Numbered from the whole stretch's first letter, positions 1 to 12,639 are shown. The stretch is 59,996 nucleotides of DNA, filler included, from Hausera hauseri (GCA_046269625.1; 11 parts of 11 records of this genome joined end to end with filler, not necessarily neighbours in it), one strand, 5' to 3'. Translations and numbers: made by a program. The notes: a model not told the origin generated them from the sequence alone.

Positions 1-159
1 GCGTTGTGCGAATGCAGCTGTACCAGTTTATAAAGCCTCAGATACCGCGGCTAAAAACCGCACGGCGCTTGGTTCTTTAGCCATACGAATTTTGCCGAAT
101 ACAAGTCTTCGGGTATGTTCTGTCCTTATGAAGTAATCTGCATAATAAATATCTGTTGA

Positions 160-2967
160 TCGTAACGAAGTGGCTTTGCGCTGCCCGTATCGTTTCATCT
201 GTAAGAGTGTCGTCCAAAGCAGCTAGTTCGAATAATGACTGCACAGGAGCTCCGAATAAGGCTTACGTACGTGAGCATCCCGTAGAAGTAGATGGAGTGT
301 TCCGCCAGCCAAGCAGAACAAACGGAAGAAGAGTCGTCCAACTAGTGTTGGACTCTCAAGGATTCTTAGTGACGTTTTTAGTGTTCGGTGGAAACGTTCT
401 AGAAGGCCATTCGATTGGAGATGGTGAATCGTAGTATGTATGTGATAGATCCCCAATCGGTTAACAAGAGAATTGAACAGGTTGGATTGAAACTGGGGAC
501 CTTGGTCTGTGATTATTAGGCGAAGTAATCCAAACCTGCTAATCCATGTACGAATGAAAACGTCAGCTATGGCGTCGGTATTTGTGCTACCCAAAGGGAT
601 GGTTTCTGGCCATCGCAAGAAACGGTCCATTATGGTGAGAATAAATTGATGACCGTTGTCTGGAGGAAGAGGGCCGACGATGTCAATATGCATGGATTCG
701 AAACGCAATGTGCTGGCCTTAAATGCTTAGTTGTATTGTATTTTTGGCACGCCACACACTCCTTAACTCATGCCTGCACATTGGAACGCATTGACGGCCA
801 AACGACTTGTCGGTGGAGTAAACGAAAAGTGGCTTTAGCACCAGGGTGGTGTAGCAAATGTACACTATTAAATTCTTGCCTTTGCAACGATGGTGCAAGA
901 ATTATTACGGAATGACCTGGTTTGGAAGTGTCTAGAGCCACGCCGTTAACAATTGTGCAAGACTTGAAAGAACTAAGCATGTTCTGAGGTGGCTGGTTCT
1001 GTTGAAGGTGCGTTTGAGTAAAGATTTGTGAAAAATTAATCGAACTAACTGACCTAGATAAAAAATCGGCAACTAAATTATTAACTCCGCTGATATGTTT
1101 TATGTCGAAGTTAAATGTCGACAAATATGACATCTGTCATTCTTGGCGTGTGGAAGGATGTTTCTTAGCCATGATGTTAAGCAAGGGCTTGTAATCGGTC
1201 TGTATGGTAAAATGGCGAGCGACAAATAGGTGGAAGAAATGCTTTAAAGCGAGTACGATGGCCAATAATTCCCGATCGAACGTTAACTATTTAGTTTCAG
1301 GGGATGTTAGCTTATGAGAAAAAAATTCTAGCGGTTGATATTCTCCTTTGTGGATTTGGTGAATCACAGCACTTACCGCAGTTGTTGAAGCGTCTGTGGT
1401 AAGAATAAGTTTCGCGTCAGACTTGGGGAAAGCGAGAATGTCGACAGTCTCAATTCCTTCGCGTATCTTATCAAACTTATCAACCACTTCAGGTGTCCAC
1501 TGAATTGACTGATGTTTTTGCCGCCGCTTAAGTGTGCAAATTGTGTCATCAGTTCAGAACAATATGGTACATACTTATGTACAAAGTGTAGTGTACCAAG
1601 GAAGCTGCGCACTTCAGTGATTGTACGTGGTAACTGTATATTCTTAAGAGCTTCAACCCGGTCTGGTTGGGGTGAGTGGCCGTCTGGTGAAATAACGTGG
1701 CCCAAAATGTTGTTGCGCTTTTTGAAGAACTAGCATTTGTAGAAATTGACTTGGAAATTATGATGATTAAGGCGTTGGAATATTGCGCGAAGATGTTTCT
1801 CATGTTGTTTGGCTGAAGACGAAAAGACCAGAATATCATCGATGTAAGGGTCCGCAAACGGGAAATCTTGGAGAATTGAGTCAATGTGTCGCAGAAAAGG
1901 TTGTGCGGCATTTCGCAAACCGAATGGCATAAGCAGGTACTCGTAGAGACCAAAAGGAGTAGTGACAGCAGTCTTTTCTATATCTTCGGGTGCAACTGGT
2001 ATTTGGTGATATGCATGGGCCAAATCGATGGTCGAATAAACTGCGGTTGAATTAAAGAATTCAAGATATCCTTGATGAGTGGCAGGAGGTACGCATACAT
2101 AATAGTCAAGTTGTTCAACTGTCAATATTTACCACATGTAAAGTTGACGACCAAGGAGATTTGGAACGGCGTACAATGCCGGAACGTTCTAGTTCAAGAA
2201 ATTTGTTTTCTAGGGCCTGCCTACGACGAGGTGACAGTGGTCGCACCTTTTGGCATATTGGCCGTTGATGCAATTTGTGAATTGTTTGCTAATGTAAAGT
2301 TAATTGGTACTTGGTGTAAGATGGTCGAATTGAAAATGGTGTTGGCTGAAATGATTTCGTCGAGTAAATTAACGTTGGTGACAGTACCACAATTAACGAC
2401 ATCAAACATAGACTGAATATCAGTACTATAATTTAAAAATTTACGAAATGAAATATTGTTACGGAAATTCGAATTAGTTTTTGATTTCCCCAAAATTGAT
2501 CTCCGCGTCTCGATCGACTGCGCAGTACTCAAAATGTTATTTATGTGCTTGCTAACGCTGCCAGTGGTGCCACTCCCCAGACATCGTTGACTGCAGTCAA
2601 CCAATAAATTTTAATGTGACAAAAAATCAGAACATAGAATTGCCGTCTGGACAGTAGCAACTATGAACGTCCAGTGGAAAGATGAAGGAAATTTTGCTAA
2701 GATAAAAGATAGTTTAGCCATGCCAGAAATTTCCAGTGGTTGACCCGTAGCGGTTTATAAGGACTTGATTTTGAATGCCGAATTTTGGACAGGAAAAGTT
2801 TGTGACAATAAATAAATCGCTGCACCTGTGTCAATGAGGAAGTCAACGGATTGCGTTGTAGGGGTAGTGGTTGCAGCCTTTAGAGCAAAGATCGCAAAAG
2901 AGGCGTGTCGGCATTCAGAAGGTGAAGCAGTACCTTTGCCAGAGTTTGTCATGACTTCTGGCGGCAA
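160..2967 (-). pseudogene. pol: pol (protease, RT, RNase H, integrase), frameshifted
   Basis: Protease FLIDTGA. RT IDLAHAYHQIP, MPFGLRNA, YIDDIL. RNase H LTTDAS. Integrase HIDIVGPLP, ITDQGPQF, SNGLLERFHRTLK. Split over many ORFs. Confidence 0.95.
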
Positions 2968-4048
2968 ATTTGGTTTTTTTGAAAAAGCGAACTAGGACGA
3001 CTATTACAAGGAAAGGTAGCACGTCCGTTGTTCTTATCTGTTCGAAACGTACAGCCTGGAATGCATTTGCGAGCTTGATTTTTAATCTTTGCGTGGTAGA
3101 TGCAAACAACGGTGTCTGAAAAAACTTATATTGTAAAATCTGCATCCTAGGCAGCATTTTTTGGCACTTTTATTAAATCTGTTGTGATAATAGCAGATAG
3201 GCGATCGCGCAGGCGATGGTGACCGGTTTCTAGGTACAGAATGGGCGCGATCAGCGACAAAATTTCTTCGGCGAGACAGCGAAAATTCATTTAATTTGTT
3301 GTTAATATTGCTAACGGTTGCGTGCAGTGCTGTATTTTCAGCACATATCTGATTGAGATGTTATTCTATCGATTCGTTGTTACTGTGAATACCGTTTGCA
3401 GCAACTGTAGTTTATTGGTGGGCAGTTTAAGTGTAGAACGTCATGTGTCTTGTAGGTTAATTCGGCCAATTTTTCAAGAGCCGTGGAGTCCCTCACGACA
3501 GTAAGTAGGGCCCTAATTTGGATAGGCAACGCGTTAAGAAAGTAGTGGCGAAGCAATTCTGGATTATGTTTTTCCGTGACGCCAAGGGTTTGTAGGTGTT
3601 CCAAGGAAGTACGTAAAAAGTTTGATGGTCGTTGTGTACCTATGGCGTTGTCGTGTAAGAAGCGTTGTATGATAGCGTCCATTGAGGGTTTTGTGATCTT
3701 AAGAACGGCGTTGAAGAGTTGTGAATACAGATCAGGAAGTTCAAAGATTTCAATGATGTTATTAATTCGTGTTTTGATATTGTTAGGGAGTAAGAATAGG
3801 AGGTTGTGTGCTTTGGTTAAGGAATCGGTAACATTGTTTGCTTGTAGCCAAAGTTAGTGGAATTTCTACCAAGTTTTTCTGGCGCCTTAGTTGTCGATAA
3901 AGGATTCATTACGGTGAGAGAAAGAAGCGGAAGAAGCAGTGGTTGAAGGGTCATTAGCAGGATTAGTGGTGGATTTTTGGAGTAGTATAACGGGTTTTGG
4001 TTTCATGGTGGCTTTATCTGTGGCGTCTAAAGTTGGCGATGAATTCAT
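2968..4048 (-). pseudogene. gag: gag with two tandem CHCC motifs
   Basis: Capsid-like segment (RPSNFLR...FLNALP...LEKLAEL). Motifs CYYHNRFNKSAKKCCLGC and CIYHAKIKNQARKCIPGC. In-frame stops near 3850-3890. Confidence 0.85.
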
Positions 4049-4230
4049 GCCGCCACGGATGCGAAAGTGTATATGGAGATGGATATAAGGCGAAGAAGGA
4101 TTTAGGATCCCAGAGATGAGTACGTTAGAGCCGTTGTGCGTAATGTAGAAATCAGATGAGCAGATAAAAGTGCAGATGGTGTTGTATGTCTGTAATGTTT
4201 GTGTGCGATGCTTGAATTGTGTAAATATGT
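4049..4230 (-). pseudogene. ubiquitin-like leader in frame with gag
   Basis: Manual translation: ...TLQTYNTICTFICSSDFYITHNG...IHLHIHFRIRGG|M. Homologous to 50625-50801. Confidence 0.65.
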
Positions 4231-4282
4231 TCGTTATTTAAAAAGAGAAAAAAAATGGTGTGAATGTATAGCTAGGAGCGTG

Positions 4283-4361
4283 TCGCGGGGTCCCGCGAAC
4301 GGCACCGTCCGACCCAGCGGTCCAGGGCGGGCGGACGGAAATTCGGCGCCGCTGCGCCGAA
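4283..4361 (-). promoter_or_regulatory. three consecutive GC-rich stem-loops in the retroelement 5' leader
   Basis: Inverted pairs TCGCGGG/CCCGCGA (4283-4298), CCGTCCG/CGGACGG (4305-4338) and TTCGGCGC/GCGCCGAA (4342-4361). Confidence 0.55.
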
Positions 4362-4864
4362 ACCGAAACTTTGTGGTGGTTGACTCCCCACTTTCGAGCT
4401 CAATCGTAGCTATAGTGTTGAATGGGAATGTTTTGTGTTTGAAGTCTTTGATACGTTTTTATTCTCTGAAGTTATTCAAAATTCCTCCGTGTCGTGCCAT
4501 ATATTCGCATTTTTGTGGTATATATAACGTCGTGGGTCATTGTAACATATGGTTATTGTGTCAATATTGTCTCTATATTCTTTAACATTTTTTTGATTAC
4601 CTCGTGGGATCGTTGGATTCGATCAGTCTTTACTCGCCTCGTTCAAATGTTGTTTAAAATTGTAAGAAGATTTTCTCGAGTACTGGTGGTGATGTTACCA
4701 ATGTGCATGCAGGGAATAAAAGCTCAGTTTAAGTCCACTATATTTGTAATTGTATAATTTTCAACGTTGGTGGATGTAATATTGTATCCACATTTGCCGA
4801 CTACGTCATTGTTGACATGATTTCGATTGTGTTTTGATTTTTTGAAGACTAAGAATGCCTTTGT

Positions 4865-5401
4865 TTATGGTCGACATTTGCTTATGACATATTGGGGAAA
4901 TACAATGTCATAGTGCATTGTGTTCATTACATGACAAATTCTGTTGTTTAGCTGTGGTGCTGTTAGTCTTTCCATGGTAAATATCTGATAGGGATGGAAT
5001 TTCAATGGTTGATAAATATGTATATTTTTTGTAGGTCCGTATTTGTGGTGTGTTTGTAAAACTTTACTTTGATTAATTTCGCCCATGTATGATTCACTGT
5101 ATTGAAGTTTCAGTCGACATGCTGTGCGAGAATTAGTATATGCCACGAAAATTTCTTTTGTTCCAACAGTCGGCGGACGTGTTAATGTTGCACACTTAGT
5201 TGAGCGGGGATGTAAATCAACAGACTCCCTTATTTGCCCGAATCTTGCAACATCAATACTACCAGATCGTATTTTAGAATCATTGCCAGATAAAAATGTA
5301 CTGGGTACGAAGCTTCCATCAATGTTAAACACAACGCTTTTTACATTTGGTGGTACATCTAAATATGATTCGACTGCAGGAGAATCAGTTTTAGGAACCA
5401 A
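4865..5401 (-). CDS. ORF of unknown function (probably a fragment)
   Basis: 178-aa ORF with no recognised motif. Joined abruptly to the Gypsy leader near 4400. Confidence 0.3.
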   Translation of the reverse strand: MVPKTDSPAVESYLDVPPNVKSVVFNIDGSFVPSTFLSGNDSKIRSGSIDVARFGQIRESVDLHPRSTKCATLTRPPTVGTKEIFVAYTNSRTACRLKLQYSESYMGEINQSKVLQTHHKYGPTKNIHIYQPLKFHPYQIFTMERLTAPQLNNRICHVMNTMHYDIVFPQYVISKCRP

Positions 5402-5498
5402 TCTAATTCCTTTAAATAACCCCTTCAGATAGGGAATATAACCCTAGGCACGTGTATCTTTGTCGGTAATTTCGGTACCCTTCTTATTTAGGTGATTA

Positions 5499-5598
5499 NN
5501 NNNNNNNNNNNNNNNNNNNNNNNNNNNNNNNNNNNNNNNNNNTTAATTAATTAANNNNNNNNNNNNNNNNNNNNNNNNNNNNNNNNNNNNNNNNNNNN
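5499..5598. other. artificial contig linker N44-TTAATTAATTAA-N44
   Basis: Six-frame stop linker. Identical 100-nt copies at 11411-11510, 16511-16610, 21459-21558, 26119-26218, 33053-33152, 38061-38160, 42616-42715, 46837-46936 and 55688-55787. Confidence 0.99.
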
Positions 5599-7190
5599 CT
5601 TTTGTTTACGGGTATTAAGGATTCGATTTTTTCTCGTTGGAGGTGTTGGCTCCTTACTGATACTTTTTCGGAATATCCCGTATTTCAAAGGTTGCTTGTG
5701 GTTCAAAATGTTTTATTTTAGCCTTCGAACAAAAACCGTAAATATTACTGGGTCCGTAGTCCATTTTCTGTTGCGTACTAGTTGGCCCTGGGTTGGATTC
5801 TTGTATGCTTAATCGGTAATTGATCAGTTCCGTAGACTCAATAGCTTTGGGTAAAGAATAAGGCCGGAAATANNNNNNNNNNTCTCCTGTCTAGCACTCA
5901 GTTTTTCCGGGCTGTTAGAACTTTGCAAATTCTGTCTCGGATTGTCGAGAATCCATTCATGGTTCCATTTCAATTCTGTACATGTCGCGTAAATATTGAG
6001 AATGTTGACTGACTGTTAACAAGAGACGTATTCTGATGTGCCTTCTGCTCATTGCTTTGAGTATTAACTTAAATTGACCTTCAACGGTCGGCGGTAGGTA
6101 AACATATCTTTCCTTAAGTATCTATTACATTCGTTCCATTATGGGTTTCTATTTCTCGCATTCATACTATTTGTAACGGGCAATTTCAATTTTTTCACGA
6201 TCTTTTCTACTTGATACCCGACGAGGATACATCCATACAGGCAGTGTCAATTCCTCACTGAGCAGCTTGATATCTTTACCATAAGCCAAATGTTCTTTTT
6301 TGATTCCAGTGACTTTTGAATAAGTTTCTCTTACCCCTTCTCTGGGGCTGATTGTTTTTGAATAAATTTCAACGCCTTCAATCTCTCGAACGGATACTTC
6401 GATTGAGATATAAATCCCATCGTCTCCTTCTCAGTAATTTAATGCTACGATCCTGGAGTTTCTTGCATATAGCACTAGCAGGTCTTCGTCCTGATTCTTT
6501 TTTGTCGGTTTGTTTGAATCATAAAGGTGGTCTTTGAACAAAGGGCGCATCTTAATAAGTTACTTCAATCACCAACTTAACAGGTAATGCAGCGACTCGG
6601 AATTCTAGCTCACAATTGTAATGGTGGAAATCTGTTCATCAGGAAAGTGTTGTAACGGTATTGTCTTCCTCGTGAGGAATTCCCAGTTTGGTCCTTCTCC
6701 ATCCGCTAGGTGAACAAATATATTTTGATGGTAGACTGGTTCATATTGAACTAATTGTCTCAAGGCATACGCTCCTGCATCTTTATCCTCTCTCATCGTA
6801 CAGATATACGACTCCGTTATCCTCGGCGGTTCCCTTGAGATTATTGGGGATTTCGCTGGTCTGTTTGTATTCAGTAAACGTTCTTCTTTGCAATTCTTTA
6901 TAAATCTGTCTGAATATCAATTTGGATTGGGGTATTAATATTGTTGTACATGTTTGTAGGAAATCGTCGATACTACGTCGCTCGGTTTTCGAGGCCATTT
7001 GAACACTTACCAATCTAAAAAACAAACAATAAAGGTTTGTCCTAAAACAATGTGTGGTTTTAAACCAAAACCAATTCTTTGTTTGACGATAGAATAACCG
7101 ATCTGTAATTGTCAGGTTATTTTATCATAGATGCTCTTGGGGTTCAAATTCCCTTAATTCCCGCTCTAGGGCTTTAGGACGCTTATTATG

Positions 7191-8410
7191 TTAATTTTGG
7201 GCAACTATTTGAAAAATCGCTATGATTATTAGCGCAAACGTTGACAAACCTACAATCATTACAATGGGCAAAGCCGTTAACTCCTTAAGTTTTACAGTAA
7301 CAACTGTGGTCGTGTCATGTTCTGTGTCTTTGCTCAAGTGTGGTTCTGCTTGGACTTCATCTAGGGTACGTAGCGTGAAGTTTTGATTTTGTTTGCCTCT
7401 TGCGTTTATTTGTATTATGTACTGTGATTTCGGTTTTATTGAGTTGCATTCAGTCTGATAAGTATTTTTCGGTAAAGTTACTTTTTGATGATTATACATC
7501 GTACGACAATTTATTTCTGTCATAGTTGAACGTTTTTTTAACGGAAAACACTATTTTACGCCGCTGTGTCTAATATTTGACGGGAATATTAGCTAGTTCT
7601 CTCTTAGGCATTTTCCTTGTCGTGGTGAGTCTAACAATTGTGCTCACTCGAGTGGTAGGTTTCTTCGTCTTTATTTCGACTGCAGTTTTCCTGATTCTAT
7701 CTTCCGGATAATGTTCCTAAATAAGTACTCGATTTATTTATTCGTATTCTATAGAGGTCAAATCGGATTTTGTATTCGTAACCCTTTGGTATTTTACAAC
7801 ATGAATTTGATCTCGTGTCTTTAACGCCGGAGTAATTTGAAGATGGACTCGACTTGCTTGATTTGATGAATTTAACCGAAATCTCCCGGTCATCCGGCAA
7901 TCTTCCTTTTGTTTTTATCTGGATACATTTATCTTTCTTATCTTCTGAGATGCTAATTATGTTTCCATCCAATACCCATTTCATCGGATCTGTTGATTGA
8001 ATGATATCGCTGAAATCTGTTACATTTATTTGCTCTCTGGTGGGTATCACGACTTTTAATTGTGGCCTTATTGCCGATTGTGCGCGACTATCGTTCTTCT
8101 AGTACATTTGTATTGTAAATGTAAGTGCTCCCATGACACCCTTCTTGAAATCTAAGTTCGCGTCCCACAGAACTACTTGGTATTTTACTTTTCTGGCGAG
8201 TTTGTTCAGAATTGCACACAGTTCCTCACGGGATCTATACTCTGAGCTTTGAAGCGATCTAGGGTACTTATGTCATTTGTCTTCATGTTTAATAACTCCC
8301 TTTCCATCCATTTATTTAGTGCTTGAATCCCATCCATTTCTATTTCGGCTTTTACTTTTGGGATGTGCGATGCGATTAAGGATAGCGCTAAGACTATTTG
8401 TATAAGATAT
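7191..8410 (-). pseudogene. accessory type I membrane protein with an FN3-like segment
   Basis: Signal-like YLIQIVLALSLIASHIPKVKA (about 8345-8410). FN3-like ECNSIKPKSQYIIQINARG. C-terminal TM LPIVMIVGLSTFALIIIAIFQIV. Confidence 0.5.
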
Positions 8411-8539
8411 TGGTCTGGTAATTATGGACGTGGCTTTTGTCCTATTGTCCTGACTCTGACTTGTTTTTTTATTATTAGAACGCAGATGGTATCGTTTATC
8501 TGGCTTTATGTTTTCAGACTCGTTGTATTAATGATTTCT

Positions 8540-10400
8540 TTACCATTCTTGTTAATGTAAACCGTAGTAGGTGTCGTTCTGGTAATCTCGTACGGTCCTC
8601 TCCCCGTACGCGTAAGTTTTAACGATGTCTGTTTGGCTACGGGATAATGCACATAACCCAATTCCCAGTTTCTAGATCGTGCGGTTTCGCTTTCTTGTCG
8701 TATTGCTTCTTAAATTGTTCTTCGTATTCTACGGACAACGTTTTAGCCATTTCCAAACATTTTTGTAATTCGGTTTGTAGAACTTCTGCAACATTTGGTT
8801 CTGTCTTCAGGATTTGCTTGTTACGGAATCATCCTTAAGTCTGTAGGCAATGTTGCTTCTCGTCCATACATCATAAAGAATGGCGTAAATCTTCTTGCAA
8901 AATGTGTTGTCGTATTGATGGCGAATTGCGTGCCTTCTAAAAACTCATCCCAATCCTTTGGATCTTTTGACACTAATGTAGATAATATTCGTATAATAGT
9001 GGCGTTCATACGTTCGACCATTCCGTTACATTGAGGATGATAAGCTGTCGTAGTTAATCTCAATTTCGAACATTTTAGTTATTTTGTCGAATAACTCACT
9101 AGTAAAATTTCGTCCTCGATCAGTTAATATCTGATCAGGCGGTCCGTATCTGCAAATGATCCTCCTCACTACTGCTTCTGTTAATGTTTCTGCATTTTGA
9201 TCGTATAATGCTATTAACTCCACAAAATGAGTTATCCTCATCTTCTATTTCTACCTGCCAATATCCGGATTATAAGTCCAGTGGTAAACCATTTTGCTCC
9301 TGAGAGTCTGTCTAGAGCTTCTTTTACCGACGGTAGGGGTGATGAATCCTTCATCATAACAGTATTTAGCGCTCTGTAATCAATATATAATTGATGTTTT
9401 GTGGTACCCTTTTTGACCATAAGAATGGGTGAATGCCAAGATCTATAACTGGGTCTAATTATGCCAGCTTTAAGCATTCGTTCTACTTGCTTAGCTATCT
9501 CGGGTCTTAAGGAATGTGGCGGTTTTGGCATTTTTTATTACTCAAGGTCAATTTCGTCACTGGAACCAGGCTTTTTCTTAAGTGTTATTGTTAGCCTTAA
9601 CGCTTTTGCTCTGCCACTATCTTCGTCCTCAGCAATTATTGCTTTATAAAGGCATAATAATTCATAAAATCGACAATAAGCTTCTGGTGAGAACTTGGTT
9701 TCTACGTGAGGTGAGAACACGGCATATTTATATGGTTTCTCTTCGACCCTTATTGCTGATACCTTGTAAGTGTGATCCAAGGTAGTATTAGCGTATATTT
9801 TAACTGGAATTTGCTCGTTATTAACTATTCTGACGGGTACATGACCAGACGCTACCCGGGCTAGTATAATACTCAATAACACTCAATATTTAACGTTTCT
9901 TTTTGTTCGAAATATACTGGTAGATCGTCGTCTTGGCGGATTTGTGCAAATATTAACATTTCTGTTCTAGGTGTAATATTTTCATCGACTGGGATCCATA
10001 CTCTCCAAGTTCTCTATTAATTTTTGTTCCTTTTATCGGCCCAGACTCAATTAGCTTCGAGGTAAGTCTACTGCTACATTTGATAGACGTCTTAATACAT
10101 CGCATCCCAATACTACGTCGTCCGTTAGATTCTCCATTATGGAAAACTGCTGCAAAGTTTGTCCAATTATTTCAATATTAGAGTTACATTTGAATTTCAG
10201 TCTTGATTCTTATCCGAAGGCTCCTATACTTCTGGGATCGGTTGCTAGCGGTGGTCGCAGTCGGCGTCGTAGTGAATTGGGTATCAATCCGTGTTTTATA
10301 AATGATTTCTCTAATCCGGTATCTATTAACGCATATACTTCCCAATCGTCGATGTTAATTTTAGCAAAGGGTCTGCCTTCTATAATCATGGGATATTAAC
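8540..10400 (-). pseudogene. pol: Gypsy pol with an internal RT/RNase H deletion
   Basis: Protease EVYALIDTG (about 10315-10342). RT start IDYRALN...SGYWQVEIEE jumps near 9240 into integrase TDRGRNF, YHPQCNGMVERMN and a GPY motif. Confidence 0.9.
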
Positions 10401-10680
10401 GGCAGATATCTTAAGTCCATTTATATTAATTTCTGGTACGTTACCGCTATCTTAGTCTATCTGTCTTAATTCACCAGTTGGGTATAATCCATTATTTGCA
10501 ACTTTCGTCGTCCGGTTCGTGCGTATTGATTAATGGCTCTCGGTTATTAGGATTGTAAAAAGATTGGATTTGCGGATTATAACAAACTGCCAATCTGGTC
10601 TGTTTTGTTGGATCCTTGGGGAGTATATCACCCTGTGATCGTCAACCGATCGACGGCACGGTCCTGCCTTGTCTATAGTT

Positions 10681-11320
10681 TCATACATTTTTCGTAAGAG
10701 CTTTGTCTAATTGTCTAAAAGCTTTAATTTCTTTCGGTCTGTAAATTCCGTTGCTCGCGGTGTCAGCTAATTTATCATTTCTTATACCTTTTACCAAGTT
10801 CGTTCCAGTTAGTTTACTCGATGCGGCTGTTTTATCTCCATTTGGCAAACTTACCCAATCGGTCTCACTTCTTCTAAACATGGATTCTACTAGTCCTGAT
10901 TTACATTCCTTCAAAATCGTCGGTTGCGTAACTCCGGTGACTCGTCCCTAAAATGTCTTCTTTCATCGGAATTATGGGTGAAGCTAGTTGTGGATTGACA
11001 CATATTAAAGCTAATTTGGTTCTCATAATTTTCGTGTCCAACTTACAATAATTCTTGATCATTTTGTAGTATAGTTCTGCTATTTCGGTTTGTCCCTTAT
11101 AGTAAGAGTAATCGTCTCTATTTTTCAAGTAATCTGTCCTCACGACTTGCGTTTCCAACGGGAAGGTGGTTATTGTGGCTTCTGCCACAAAAATACTTCG
11201 TAGTTGGTGGCGTACATCACTAAGTTACATCGAGAGAGAATCTGCTTCTTAATGAAATTCAATCCATGATCGTCTGAAATTAATATTGTTGGTGTGTAGT
11301 GTTCGGCTACGTCTTTCCTT
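10681..11320 (-). pseudogene. env: env-like (class III / chuvirus-G-like) glycoprotein fragment
   Basis: KNRDDYSYYKGQTEIAELYYKMIKNYCKLDTKIMRTKLAL aligns with DNKIEFIYHFQQENIYAMYREIILNDCKLNKEIIRNRIYL of the env at 16248+. Both also share TPTI and TNYE segments. Confidence 0.7.
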
Positions 11321-12420
11321 GATCTGGTATTCGTAAGTAGTAAGAAGGGAGGACTTCTCCCCAAACCCCCCCCACATGGAAGGAAGGAAGCCAATAGGAG
11401 TAGAGGACCANNNNNNNNNNNNNNNNNNNNNNNNNNNNNNNNNNNNNNNNNNNNTTAATTAATTAANNNNNNNNNNNNNNNNNNNNNNNNNNNNNNNNNN
11501 NNNNNNNNNNATTGTCGTGATACTCTTTACTCAGACTTTTAGGTCAATTTTTGCTGTATATTTTCTTGATAACGCTCCATGTTCATCATACCAAATGACA
11601 TACCTATTTTGGATACAGATATATTGACATTGTTTGAAACTAAGTTATTACAGAGGCACGAAGAACAATACCATAAACTCAATTTATTTTCTATTTCAGA
11701 ATTTTTTAAAGATATCAATTCTTTCATCATGATTTTCAGGGTTTTTACACTTGTACGTTATTGTCTTTTTAGACCGCTGATGAGAACCGTGTCATTCAAT
11801 CACATGTTAATTCTACATACACAAGTCTATACTTTGTACCTGTCTAATCATTCATTAATTTCACCTTCATACTTTGTGACTCATGTTCATTTAATTACAT
11901 CTCAATGTCACATACCTTCTTATACTGATTTCATACGCATGACACACCAATTCTTATAATCAACATGATAAACGTGAAAAAAAAGGAAAAATAGTCTGAT
12001 ATGTACAATCTATATATTCACACAACCTATACTTCTATACACACATTTATACATACTATATACATTCCCCTTCTTTATATTTCTCATGTTCTCCGGATTA
12101 CCCAACTAGACAGTCGGGTCCCAACAACTACTGTATCCTTCATTTGTGACAATAATTATAACGAACTACCTTATGTTAAAAATGATCGACGTATGTAAGT
12201 ATGGTTTTGTTCATGTTTATGTTTTATGATTTTGTTCCTTTTTATTGATCGTGTTTGTATGATTAAATATTTCTGTTGTTAGTTTATCATCCTTTGATAT
12301 TGATTAGTTGTAGAAGAGTGATTTGATTAAGTAAGGTTATATATTGTAATATAGAAAGTAATAATAAATTTCAGGGCCTTATTTGGTATACCGTCCCTTC
12401 TGGACGGTTGTCTAAAATCG

Positions 12421-12638
12421 AATAAATAAGGGGGAGTAACGTCAGTGTACCTCCTGAATAAACTCACTCACTAAGCCTAATTAAACAAAGTAAAATTCAA
12501 ACATCGACAAGCCTAGAGGTTGCTGATTATCCTTATAAAGTAAGTTAAGCTTGAGACAGGGAGAGAACTCAAGCTTCTGAATAGAGAGTATAAGTTTAAG
12601 GTTGAAAGACCAAGAAATCTTAACCTCTAAACTTATCA
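12421..12638 (+). repeat. putative LTR with possible upstream polypurine tract
   Basis: Ends ...TTATCA one base before a PBS. Contains AATAAA. Purine run AAGGGGGAG at about 12428-12436. The 5' boundary is uncertain. Confidence 0.5.
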
Positions 12639-12639
12639 C

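Larger units (their letters stand above)
155..4400 (-). mobile_element. Ty3/Gypsy LTR retrotransposon, CsRn1-like clade, decayed copy A
   Basis: Minus-strand order gag-PR-RT-RH-IN. CHCC-type gag motifs. Protein and DNA similarity to the copies at 29150-33052 and 50625-55687. Confidence 0.92.
5599..11410 (-). mobile_element. large Gypsy element with env-like and accessory ORFs, internally deleted
   Basis: Minus-strand order: env fragment, protease, partial RT, integrase, then about 2.8 kb of decayed accessory coding sequence. Pol is closely similar to 38256-40630. Confidence 0.8.

Noticed and set aside
5543-5554. Recurrent TTAATTAATTAA palindrome as a biological site
   Set aside because: Always centred in identical N-runs. 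It is a six-frame stop linker added when contigs were concatenated.
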